This document shows positions 9,511-17,886 of a DNA stretch of 40,230 nucleotides, one piece after another. Both the position numbers and the translations under genes were made by a program. This DNA is from Candidatus Sumerlaeota bacterium. Its GTDB lineage: Bacteria; Sumerlaeota; Sumerlaeia; JAPLSS01. The notes under the pieces are model-generated. The model did no database searches. It was not told the origin of the DNA and saw only the letters and a program-made list of their open reading frames with translations. Within the stretch, counting starts at the first letter, position 1; the number at the start of each line of letters is the position of its first letter. The stretch lies in contig JAPLSS010000446.1 in the NCBI GenBank assembly GCA_026398515.1, forward strand, positions 1 through 40,230, read 5' to 3'.

Positions 9511-10007
9511 TGCCTCTTGCGCGGGGTGACACTTTCAAATCCGATCCCAAGTCTGTCGACGGAGAGAGACACTTGTGGATTATCGTGTTTGATCCACTGG
9601 TGAATGGGAATAAGACTCTGGCGTTAAACATCTCAACTTTCGACAATATGACGTGCCTTGATGACAGTTGCGTCCTAGATCCGTCCGAGTTTGCCCCCCA
9701 CCCGGAATTCGACCGCAAAAGTTACGTGAGATACGACAAAGCCATGTACGGCTCAGCCGATGGGGTTGAAGCCAACATCATATGCGGGGTGCTGATCCGG
9801 CATCCTGCTTTCGATCAAAAGGCCATACCATTGATCTTGGAGGGTGCGCTCAGGTCTAAGTATCTTAGAAGAGACCTTCGCCCGTTAATTCAAGATGAAC
9901 TGAAACGCATTCGAGCCGCGTCACATCCGCCACGTGTTACTCCGCCACATGACCGCCCAGACCAGCCCGCGCGCCGCCAGAACCGTGAGGGACCGGACGG
10001 CCCATGA
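9510..10007 (+). CDS. Putative toxin partner of the Panacea antitoxin, possibly PemK/MazF-like fold
   Basis: TAATG stop/start overlap with the antitoxin. 'RGDTF...HLWIIV...NISTF...HP...SYVRY' resembles a PemK-like beta-barrel pattern (inference). Confidence 0.6.
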   Translation: MPLARGDTFKSDPKSVDGERHLWIIVFDPLVNGNKTLALNISTFDNMTCLDDSCVLDPSEFAPHPEFDRKSYVRYDKAMYGSADGVEANIICGVLIRHPAFDQKAIPLILEGALRSKYLRRDLRPLIQDELKRIRAASHPPRVTPPHDRPDQPARRQNREGPDGP

Positions 10008-10033
10008 GTCGGGTCAGGCTGTGATCGTCGATC

Positions 10034-10702
10034 CTATGCGCCCTGGACGCGCTCTGCATAGGCCCTCATCGTCTTCTCGCCCTGTTCCTTCTTCCAAGTC
10101 GCAATGGCCCAAGACCAGAAGCCCCACTCCCGATCCGCAAGCCAATCGGCGCCCAGCTCTTCCCTATCCTCGGCGTAGGCGGCCAGCCGCTCTTTGTCTG
10201 ACGCCGCCGCCAGCGCCGGCGCCTGATAGTCGGGTATCCGCGCCTGCAACTCAGGATGCTGAATTTTGAGAAGACAGTGCGCCAACTCGTGGCCGATGGT
10301 GCGCAGGGCCACGGGGACGGGGATCTCCAGTAGGGCTTCGCAAAATCGCATCCGCCGATCACCCGCCTCAGCTAAGGAAAACCAATCCCGCCCTTCCCAC
10401 GTCGGCGCCAGCTCAATCCACGGAATCAGCGGCCCGACCTTTTTCATCTGGGCGCGCATCTCCGGCGATTCTTCCCTTTCCGAGGAGACTTGCAGCCTGC
10501 GCCAGTGATCTTGAATCTCGCTCACTGCGGACCTATGGAATTTCGTCGGCCCGCGCGGGATCTTGCCCAAAGCCTCAAGCCACAGGCGCGCGAACCGCCG
10601 GCCCTTCTCGCGGTCATGGAAGCGCAACGTGGCGTATCCTAAAATCAGCGGGATCTCATAGTTGCGCAATTCGTCGAGAGGCAATCTTGTTAAGTCGAGC
10701 AT
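10034..10702 (-). CDS. Zincin-like metallopeptidase domain protein
   Basis: 'TIGHELAHCLL' (HExxH) followed by 'ELGADWLA' (ExxAD third-ligand motif). GGAGG RBS lies in the end of the upstream gene. Confidence 0.7.
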   Translation of the reverse strand: MLDLTRLPLDELRNYEIPLILGYATLRFHDREKGRRFARLWLEALGKIPRGPTKFHRSAVSEIQDHWRRLQVSSEREESPEMRAQMKKVGPLIPWIELAPTWEGRDWFSLAEAGDRRMRFCEALLEIPVPVALRTIGHELAHCLLKIQHPELQARIPDYQAPALAAASDKERLAAYAEDREELGADWLADREWGFWSWAIATWKKEQGEKTMRAYAERVQGA

Positions 10703-10703
10703 G

Positions 10704-11657
10704 TCACCCTCCAGGGATTACGGCGTCAGGATTCTTTTTCCAATCGTCCGTATACCGGGTGATTGTTTCAGCAATGGCTTTCACCTGTTCCCAATCGGGC
10801 CGAATATGTACCCCGAAAATTCGATTCCCGGCGAAGAGTGAGTAATCCCAACGGAAATCGAACGTGGCGACATAGCTTCCATTCCAATAGCCCGTAGCCA
10901 TTGCAATGTGTTCCTTGGCAGAGGCGAGATAGTTTGTGCCCGCCGCCAAGTCGCCGAATGCAGGAATCAGGATCAATTTCTCTCCCGTGTAACCGGGATT
11001 GGCGCAGACCCATTGAATGATTTCAGTAAGGTCCGCCGTCCCTCTTTCATAGTGGACGCCGTTGACTACAACGTCCACGAGAGTGATTTCGAGGCCGATT
11101 CCCGCCGGCCGAATTGTAACAAGGGCTGGAATCGTGGCGTCAGCCAAGGCCCAGAATGCGCTGACTTTGACGTGGGTCTGATAACCGGGTATTGTGGATT
11201 CCTGAAGCTCGCCCAAGACCGTCCATCGGCGCTCGTCTGTTCTAATAGCATTCGTCAACTCGAAAGATGCAACCGCGCAATCGACTTCCAAAGCGTTCCA
11301 ACCGCCGGGGGGCGTCACTTCCCAGCCTTGAAGGAAGCATGTATAGAACCAAGTCGGATTGACTGTCAGGTCATCGGCGGGTCCGCAGCCGTCCTTGTAA
11401 CTATCCGGCGGCGTCTCTTCAACAAACCAGCCAGCCGTGCCAGTTCCTTCATAGGCCGTTCCCTCAAAAGGGTCTTTCAAGACCAGATCGTCCCGCGTGA
11501 AGTTCTTTGGCACGTCTTCCACAAGAGGAATCTTTACTTGGACATCCGCCGGTTTCCAATAGGGATAGCTTGCTCCGTAGGCTTCTCTCGAATACACGGA
11601 CAACAAGAGATTATATGCACTAACTAATTGCCCCACTGCGATCCATGCCATTGTCAT
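10704..11657 (-). CDS. Hypothetical protein (aromatic/beta-rich)
   Basis: 317-aa ORF with an ATGA overlap with the ERCC4 gene; no family recognised. Confidence 0.7.
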   Translation of the reverse strand: MTMAWIAVGQLVSAYNLLLSVYSREAYGASYPYWKPADVQVKIPLVEDVPKNFTRDDLVLKDPFEGTAYEGTGTAGWFVEETPPDSYKDGCGPADDLTVNPTWFYTCFLQGWEVTPPGGWNALEVDCAVASFELTNAIRTDERRWTVLGELQESTIPGYQTHVKVSAFWALADATIPALVTIRPAGIGLEITLVDVVVNGVHYERGTADLTEIIQWVCANPGYTGEKLILIPAFGDLAAGTNYLASAKEHIAMATGYWNGSYVATFDFRWDYSLFAGNRIFGVHIRPDWEQVKAIAETITRYTDDWKKNPDAVIPGG

Positions 11658-12253
11658 GCCTCCAAAGAGATAGTTTCCACGCCTGGCGCAACAAGTTCGT
11701 GGCCCAACGTGTCATATACGCGGACGCCTGTATAATGCTCCGCTTTCGGTTTTGTCAGATCCGCAATCGCCAAGGATACGCCCGGCGGCAAGAGCGGGCG
11801 CAGTTGCTTGCACATTCCGCTGAGAAACTTCTCGAATAACCCTTCCACGCGGCGGGCCATTCGTTCGGCGTCATAGCACCATAGAACTTTGATGGACGTT
11901 CTTACTTCGATTGCTTCAAGTGAACCAAGGATACTTTGAGGATAGGCCCGACTCTTGTACTGTCCCATTTCAATCTGGCAAACCTCGCCCTCTATCACAA
12001 GGAAAGCTCTCTCGAATCGGCATAGTCCTTGAATCTCGCGAAAGAACCGTTCTCTTCCACTCGTCAATGAGCTAACCAAGTCCGCAATGGTCTTTCGCTC
12101 AATCGTGATTCGAGGATTTTCCCACGAGCCAAAGCCCTTTAGTGAGTAGTCGCCCACAGGCAAGCCAACCACTTCCACGGGATACTTAGTGATCGGAAGT
12201 GGTTGTTGTTCCCTGCTATCTTGCAAGACGGTGACGGCCAGCGGGATCTTCAT
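11654..12253 (-). CDS. ERCC4 (XPF/Mus81-family) nuclease domain protein
   Basis: 'DSREQ', 'LPVGDY', 'IERKTIADLVSSL', 'RF..E', 'LVIEG' reproduce the ERCC4 GDxnERKxxxD signature. Confidence 0.88.
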   Translation of the reverse strand: MKIPLAVTVLQDSREQQPLPITKYPVEVVGLPVGDYSLKGFGSWENPRITIERKTIADLVSSLTSGRERFFREIQGLCRFERAFLVIEGEVCQIEMGQYKSRAYPQSILGSLEAIEVRTSIKVLWCYDAERMARRVEGLFEKFLSGMCKQLRPLLPPGVSLAIADLTKPKAEHYTGVRVYDTLGHELVAPGVETISLEA

Positions 12254-12262
12254 ACGGCGTCC

Positions 12263-12469
12263 TTAGAAGGGCAAGTCGTTGCTTTCATCAGCCGGAGAAA
12301 GATGTTCCGAGAACGCCGCCGCCTCTTCTTCATTCCTTGGCCATCTGCATTTTTCATGGCAGACCGGATCGGCTGTCCTGTGGTCACACGTACGCTCGTC
12401 TACGTGCTCGCATCCGTGACAAATGCCGATACTCCGAATATCGTTTTCTGTTTGAATAATGACGTGCAC
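12263..12469 (-). CDS. Small Cys/His-rich protein with acidic C-terminal ...DESNDLPF tail
   Basis: AGGAG 6 nt before the GTG start; CxxCxH, CxH and CxxxC clusters. Confidence 0.65.
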   Translation of the reverse strand: MHVIIQTENDIRSIGICHGCEHVDERTCDHRTADPVCHEKCRWPRNEEEAAAFSEHLSPADESNDLPF

Positions 12470-12502
12470 GATAGACTCCTTCTCGCTTTTGGTTTTGCTG
12501 AT

Positions 12503-12733
12503 TCAGAGTGTTCGCACTTCCACGCCTTGCTCAGTCCAGACGTGGACCTTTTCGAGAAATTGCCGACGTTCGCGCGGTTGCGCCCGCTTCTCTGTCGACG
12601 GGCGAGAGATGCCGGTCACACGGCGTGGCCTTGGCTTTGGCTCCGGCCTCGACTTAATTGGCTCCGACTTCGGTCCGCGACGCGGCCCGGCCAAAGTCCT
12701 GCGCCAATGTTGGAATGTTAGTGATCTTCCCAT
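12503..12733 (-). CDS. Small basic Arg/Pro-rich hypothetical protein (start uncertain)
   Basis: Fills the gap in a co-oriented gene run; in-frame ATG at 12733, but no well-spaced RBS. Confidence 0.35.
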   Translation of the reverse strand: MGRSLTFQHWRRTLAGPRRGPKSEPIKSRPEPKPRPRRVTGISRPSTEKRAQPRERRQFLEKVHVWTEQGVEVRTL

Positions 12734-12819
12734 GGGGCGGTCTTTGAAGTTACTCCTGAAAGATCCCCCAGGCCGCCGGACGAATCGAACGGCCCAGGGG
12801 CTTTCCCTGCAAGGGACAT

Positions 12820-13602
12820 TTAGAGAAGTCCCTGGAGACGCATTGTAACCATCGTGAGTGACAAACAAACACGAACTTCCTCTTTACTCCGTGGACACGC
12901 ATGCATGCATCTCTTCATCACCTCGGCAGACAGGCCGCGTTCGGTCGCTTCCGAAATGATATATTCTAAAATTTCAGTCTCATTCGGGCCAGATGATTTC
13001 GCTTCGCCCGCCGCCGCCTCGCCGCCAAAAGTCGCACTCAACAAACCGCCGGGGTTTGCGGCTGGCACGCTAACAACATCGCAAGCAAACAACACCTTCA
13101 AACGTACGTGGCGGAAGTTTGAAGTGTTCGCAGGGTCGGGGCTTACAAAACCTTTGGCTCCAACGTGCTCCATCAAGAATTGGTTTTCGTCCGTCGGGGA
13201 TCGGTCAAATACTATGGACAAACCGAACAGTTCCGGCGCTTCTTCCGCGAGTGCCAACACAAAATCAGTCAAGTTTCCACCGGGCGCGGATCGGGCTGTT
13301 TTCAAGAGTTCCAAATCGCCGATGGTCCTATTATCTCGCCTGCGAAATCTGACGAGTTTGCCAATGGTTTTTGCGGCGCCCTCATTTGCAGCGGGATGAT
13401 CCAGCCGGGACACAATACCGTTTGGTGCAGCATTGCCTAGTTGTTCAACGGAATTCAGTGTGGTTTCATCGATCCAAAGTTTATGGCCGAGTAGTTCGCC
13501 GGTCGTCATAATACTCACGCCGGAAATTCGAAGATGCTGCCGATCCACCCGGAGATCGGATGCGATACCGACAGCTAGGGTGACTACATTGCTCTTGTTC
13601 AT
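12820..13602 (-). CDS. Phage prohead (capsid maturation) protease-like protein
   Basis: Motifs in the expected order for the HK97/herpes-type protease fold: 'ISGVSIMTTG', 'SRLDHP' (His), 'GDL', 'FGLSIVF' (Ser), 'CDVVSVPAANPGGL'. Strong AGGAGG RBS and ATGA overlap. Confidence 0.72.
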   Translation of the reverse strand: MNKSNVVTLAVGIASDLRVDRQHLRISGVSIMTTGELLGHKLWIDETTLNSVEQLGNAAPNGIVSRLDHPAANEGAAKTIGKLVRFRRRDNRTIGDLELLKTARSAPGGNLTDFVLALAEEAPELFGLSIVFDRSPTDENQFLMEHVGAKGFVSPDPANTSNFRHVRLKVLFACDVVSVPAANPGGLLSATFGGEAAAGEAKSSGPNETEILEYIISEATERGLSAEVMKRCMHACPRSKEEVRVCLSLTMVTMRLQGLL

Positions 13603-14471
13603 GCTAGAACCTCCTGTTCAATTTGAATCAGAGCCGGCGACCAATCGAGCCAGCTTCGGCTCGTGCTCGTCGGTGTGGCCGCGATGCCGTGCGCCTTCAA
13701 CTCGCCCAAAACGTAGGCCTTCCACCGCTGTGAGTCGGATGTGCCGGAGCTCACGCCGTCCATTTTGCGGACACCCTGAAGACTCAGCGTTTCGCTCTTG
13801 GCGATCTGCCCGGTGGCGCGCAACCAAGACACACCTCCATGAATACAAACCCGCTCGATGTGTTCCGCTTGCTCAGTCGCTTTCGTTTTCCGAGTGCGCC
13901 AGTCAGTTAAGATGCTTTGCCCGGCCGCGCGGTCAATCGTGGTAGCCGGATCGGTGAGCAACAACTCGAATTCGTCAGGACTGCCGGCGAAGAAGCACAA
14001 CGAAACGCGGTCTTCGAACCGCGCCAGATCCGCCTCGCGAAGGGCGTCGGCAATGCGTGTTTCGTATTCTTCTGCCTTTGCTTGAACTTCCGCGAGTCGG
14101 GCGCGGGCTTCTTCCAATGTCGGCTCAAGATTTTGGCACGCGCCACGAAATTGGTCGGCGTCAAATTCGAGCGCCGAGGGCCGAAGAGATAGTTCCGCAC
14201 AGACCGCCGCGCCATGACGCTTTGCCAGTTCGGAGAGAAGACTTCGTTGCACGTCAACCGCCGTGCGCGCTGCCATGACCGCTTGGCACCCTTTCGTGTT
14301 CTTCAATTCCCTGCCTTCCACGATGGCCGATGCAGCCGACACCCCGGCCTCTGCCAGCGCGGACTCCGCTTCGCTTTCGAGCCGATGGAGTTCTTCCAGG
14401 CCGCCAACGACCAGCCGCCCCAAGTGTTGGGCTTCAGCGGTTGCTACTTGATAACCCTCTGCCTCAGACAT
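13599..14471 (-). CDS. Hypothetical protein, alpha-helical/coiled-coil
   Basis: 290-aa Ala/Glu/Leu-rich ORF ('LEEARARLAEVQAKAEEYETRIADALREADL'), AGGAG RBS, overlaps both neighbours. Confidence 0.75.
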   Translation of the reverse strand: MSEAEGYQVATAEAQHLGRLVVGGLEELHRLESEAESALAEAGVSAASAIVEGRELKNTKGCQAVMAARTAVDVQRSLLSELAKRHGAAVCAELSLRPSALEFDADQFRGACQNLEPTLEEARARLAEVQAKAEEYETRIADALREADLARFEDRVSLCFFAGSPDEFELLLTDPATTIDRAAGQSILTDWRTRKTKATEQAEHIERVCIHGGVSWLRATGQIAKSETLSLQGVRKMDGVSSGTSDSQRWKAYVLGELKAHGIAATPTSTSRSWLDWSPALIQIEQEVLA

Positions 14472-14688
14472 GATTTATCATCTCCTGTTTGGTTTCAACG
14501 CCGTCATGGGCGGCGTTGTCCTTCTCCGCGCTCGCGGGAGGCTTTTCTATCCACGCTGGGCCCCTGCCGGGCGCGGCGCTGTCGAAAATCACCTTCCCGG
14601 TGCCGTCCGTGATGACCTGCCTCAGCGGACGAGGCGTGGGGAACGGGCCATAGGTCTTCCGAACCGATGGTCTCAGCTTCTCTGCCAT
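14464..14688 (-). CDS. Small hypothetical protein (74 aa)
   Basis: 3' part of ORF 14464..15273 re-started at ATG 14688, downstream of GAGGAG; its stop overlaps the next start. Confidence 0.6.
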   Translation of the reverse strand: MAEKLRPSVRKTYGPFPTPRPLRQVITDGTGKVIFDSAAPGRGPAWIEKPPASAEKDNAAHDGVETKQEMINHV

Positions 14689-14962
14689 TTCATTTTCTCC
14701 TCTCAGATTCCCGGCGCAAAACGCCGTTGTTGCCATTCCCAAACCCCTGATTCCCGCCTGAACCGTGATTTCACGGTAGCAAGGGAAGGGGCAATTTGAG
14801 GTGAAATTCTCTGACGACGAAACATACGGACACGCCTCTTTCTTTGGGCTGGACAGGACCCGTCGATTTCTTGACGCTCGCCAATGCCTTGACGCTTCTG
14901 TGCATCGGTTTACCCACCCAGGGGGGTGCCCATTCGCTATGGAATATGCCGTCTTACCCGCG

Positions 14963-15361
14963 TCATCTTGTCGCACCCCGACGCGCCGATGTAGGTCGGC
15001 CATGACCTGTTCGACGATACCGCCAGCCTGAATCACATGACAGCGCCCTCCGTAGACTCTCGACCGCCACCGGCGGCGCGGGATGGCACCGCGAGCACAG
15101 ACGGCCTGATGGCAAGATCCAGAACGACGTCGACCCGCAGCACGAGCAAGGCGGCAAGGTGTGCATCCGGCCAACCAGATCCCGAATCGCTTCGGCCAAG
15201 CCAGCGTCAAGACAGGCCGATGGCCAGACGAAGATCCCGCCGTTGACCTCACAGAGCACACCGCCAGCGGCATAGACAGCGGCCACAGGATCTGACGCGG
15301 ACGGCGGCGATTGCACTTCCACGGCTTGCATCTGTCGCCTAATCGCTTCGAGAGCGTTCAT
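14963..15361 (-). CDS. Small protein with Zn-ribbon-like motif, downstream of the primase
   Basis: GGAGG RBS; 'CSCCGSTSFW...LCSRCHP'. Confidence 0.65.
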   Translation of the reverse strand: MNALEAIRRQMQAVEVQSPPSASDPVAAVYAAGGVLCEVNGGIFVWPSACLDAGLAEAIRDLVGRMHTLPPCSCCGSTSFWILPSGRLCSRCHPAPPVAVESLRRALSCDSGWRYRRTGHGRPTSARRGATR

Positions 15362-15388
15362 CGCATCCTCCCCTTTGCTCCATGTCGG

Positions 15389-15492
15389 ATATGACGCATA
15401 TGACGCGACTTTCGTACTTCCCTCTCACATATATATGTGCGCGCGTCCGGGGAGAAGTGTAGTGGCAGCGTCATATACGTCATATGCATCAT
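15389..15492. other. Putative replication origin: iteron-like direct and inverted repeats
   Basis: ATATGACGC x2 (15389-15406); inverted copies GCGTCATAT, ACGTCATAT, GCATCAT (15468-15492); palindrome CACATATATATGTG (15426-15439) between them; directly after the primase-helicase stop. Confidence 0.7.
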
Positions 15493-17516
15493 CATCGAAC
15501 CTCAACCCATACGCCGACAAAGCCCCGGATGACGCCGCCGGCAGCCGTACACCACCGGTCGGTTGCCACGCCCAGGCGCTGGAGCTCACGAGTCATGCGG
15601 TTACGGCTCATGGCCTCGTGCCCAGATTCGTTGCACCAAGCGCGGTAGTCGGTGTAGACCGTCTCCCCCGGAATACGCGCCCCAGGACGGTCGACCAGCC
15701 GCTCTTCGCGCCAGGCCTGAAGCGGGTTGCACTCCCGGCGATAGGCTTCGAGTTCGGCCTTGATCCGGTCGGACAGATCGAAGTGGCCACGGGCCGACAG
15801 GCGCCGTAGACCTTCGAGTGACCAATTCAAGATCCCGGGCAGCTCCGCCAGCAGTTTCTCGTCGAGATTCCGGTCTTGCTCTTGCTCGTCGAATTCGCGG
15901 GGAAAGCGAATCGGAATCAGCCGGCGCCAGACGCCATTTGACCGGTCGTTAATGTGCGGCGGGTTGTTCGTGGCAAAAACGAATCGGGCCACGTTCCGCA
16001 TAGTGAAGGGATCGCGGCCCTTACGCTCGACTTCTACGGTGTCGCCGGAAATCAGGGACTTGACCCAACCCTCATCGATATCGTGGGCGAGCTCCATTTC
16101 CGGCAAGACGTTCAACAGCTTCCCTTGTAATGCGGCTGTCGGAAACGTGCGGTCGCTGCGCAGGGCGGACAGGGCCACGCCAGCCACGTTCACCCGGCCT
16201 AGAAGGTTCTCCTGAATGCGTACCACGCGGCCCTTCCCGTTGCCGCCCTCGCCGATGTACACCACCGCCTTCTCTTGAGAAGAGTCGGGGATAAGCGAGT
16301 ATCCAAACCACTCTTGCAGCAGCTCTCGCGCGGCTGGATCATCGGGGAGCACTTCTATTAAGAACCTCTGAAAACGCGGATAGGTAGCTGTAGCGTCGTA
16401 TGTCACGGGGAGAAGGTTGCGGCAACGGAAACGCGGATCGTGCGCCAAGAGATCCGACATTGCGACATTGAGCATTCCGTTCTGGCAGGCAATCAGGATC
16501 GCGCCATCGGTCTGAGGTTCATCAAAGAACGCGCTGGATTGCCACGTCAGGTTTTCCAACAGCCGCATGGCGTCGGCGAGATTAGAGCGCCGCGCCGACG
16601 TCCCCGCCATCGTAATGGCCCGGCTCTCGAGCTGGTGCAGATCGCGTTCCACATAGACCCGGCCATCAAAATCCCAAAAGGCCCCCGTCGTGAAAATGAG
16701 ATAGGGATATTCATTACAAATTGCCTCAGCCACCCGGAGCGGGATGAGCTTCCCGGCCTCGTCGAACACATTCACCTCATATTGGCATGCGGACTTGGTG
16801 ATCCCGTCGAGATCCTTATCTGGCATAGGCGGGACGCACCGTGCGTTTGCAGCCGTCAGTCCCGCTCGAATTTCCAGCGCCTCCAAACCTTTAGAGCGGA
16901 GGGAGCACGCTAGACGAAACAATGTTTGACCCCGCCGCCCGTCAGGGATCTGGCCTTCAATCTTGAGCGGTGCCTTATGGCCATTGCTCTCCGCGCCCGC
17001 GCGCATTAGATCGGCCAACCATGCCGGCATGAGCGCCAGAGGCACGTCGGCGGGATGCTTCAGCCATTCGTACGATCGCCCGTTGGCGTGAATGCTCCCT
17101 GGCGCAACGATGGACCCCCGGTCGTTCTTAACATCCAGACCGGGGAGGAATTTCGTGTCGTTGTTGATGCCTGCCTGATAGTGGAAATAGTAATGCCGCC
17201 CACCGCCGCCCGTTCGCACCATCGGCGTCTCAGGGAGCGGCCCGTGCTTCGCTTCGAGCTCCGCCAGCGTGCGTTGTCCCTCTTCCCCGTCGATGTCGAG
17301 TATGGTGAGACCCGACACCGCGCCAGTGACAATCGCCGGATTCGCTGTAGGAAAATTCTGCCACCATCCCCGAATCATCTCCCGGTCGGTAGTGGCCACG
17401 TCGGGCCAATTATCAAGTATCCCACGTTTACCATTGACGGGGTGGACACAAAATCCCATTTCGGCGAGCGCCAAAGCATGATCACACTTCGGGTTTGTGG
17501 CCGTCAGGGTTTCCAT
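15492..17516 (-). CDS. Bifunctional Prim-Pol fused to PriCT-like, D5_N and SF3 helicase domains (P4-family primase/helicase)
   Basis: Prim-Pol 'ILDIDG', 'RTGGGGRHYYF', 'VAPGSIH'; 'IPDGRRGQTLFRLA' (PriCT-like); 'CQNGMLN' (D5_N); Walker A 'GEGGNGKG', 'FATNNPP', 'WRRL'. Confidence 0.93.
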   Translation of the reverse strand: METLTATNPKCDHALALAEMGFCVHPVNGKRGILDNWPDVATTDREMIRGWWQNFPTANPAIVTGAVSGLTILDIDGEEGQRTLAELEAKHGPLPETPMVRTGGGGRHYYFHYQAGINNDTKFLPGLDVKNDRGSIVAPGSIHANGRSYEWLKHPADVPLALMPAWLADLMRAGAESNGHKAPLKIEGQIPDGRRGQTLFRLACSLRSKGLEALEIRAGLTAANARCVPPMPDKDLDGITKSACQYEVNVFDEAGKLIPLRVAEAICNEYPYLIFTTGAFWDFDGRVYVERDLHQLESRAITMAGTSARRSNLADAMRLLENLTWQSSAFFDEPQTDGAILIACQNGMLNVAMSDLLAHDPRFRCRNLLPVTYDATATYPRFQRFLIEVLPDDPAARELLQEWFGYSLIPDSSQEKAVVYIGEGGNGKGRVVRIQENLLGRVNVAGVALSALRSDRTFPTAALQGKLLNVLPEMELAHDIDEGWVKSLISGDTVEVERKGRDPFTMRNVARFVFATNNPPHINDRSNGVWRRLIPIRFPREFDEQEQDRNLDEKLLAELPGILNWSLEGLRRLSARGHFDLSDRIKAELEAYRRECNPLQAWREERLVDRPGARIPGETVYTDYRAWCNESGHEAMSRNRMTRELQRLGVATDRWCTAAGGVIRGFVGVWVEVR

Positions 17517-17518
17517 CG

Positions 17519-17731
17519 TCAGGCCCTCGCCGGCTGGTCGCTCGTGGACCGGCGCGCCCCGGCCTCGGCGTACTCTTCCAACTCATCTTGTTTATATCTG
17601 ACCGCGCCTTTGAACTTGTGATAAACAGGCCCGCCCCCGCGCGTCCTCCACGACTCCAACGTTGCCTTTGACAACCCAAGGAAGTTCGCGGCCTCCTTGG
17701 TTTTAACATAAGCTTGCAATGTATCCGACAT
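17519..17731 (-). CDS. AlpA/excisionase-like helix-turn-helix protein
   Basis: 'TKEAANFLGLSKATLESWRTRGGGPVYHKFKGAVRY'; AAAGGAG RBS; directly upstream of the primase. Confidence 0.88.
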   Translation of the reverse strand: MSDTLQAYVKTKEAANFLGLSKATLESWRTRGGGPVYHKFKGAVRYKQDELEEYAEAGARRSTSDQPARA

Positions 17732-17761
17732 CCTCCGCTCCTTTCATGGCGTGCTAGATAG

Positions 17762-17791
17762 ACTATGCCGCAAGCGGTGGATGGTTGTCAA
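17762..17791 (-). promoter_or_regulatory. Sigma70-type promoter for the HTH-primase operon
   Basis: Minus strand TTGACA (17791-17786), 18-nt spacer, CATAGT (17767-17762). Confidence 0.55.
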
Positions 17792-17886
17792 GCTATTTTT
17801 CAACCTAAGTTAGTATCATTGAAATCGCGTTTAGCCCGTTTCAAAGATACAAGCGCGATTCAAGAGAGGGCCGAGGGGAAAACGAC

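Noticed and set aside
11654-14688. Similar short motifs in three element ORFs ('VYDTLGHEL', 'VWTEQGVEV', 'ITDGTGKVI')
   Set aside because: Generic beta-hairpin pattern, too short to indicate homology.
14464-15273. 269-aa ORF as listed in the track
   Set aside because: Its 5' part overlaps the better-supported 14963..15361 gene and reads as non-coding; only the last 74 codons have an RBS.
17701-17728. dif-like site: minus-strand TTATGTTAAAA matches the XerD arm
   Set aside because: The XerC arm (TCGGATACATT) does not match and the site lies inside the HTH coding sequence; worth revisiting only if the Xer-like enzyme binds here.
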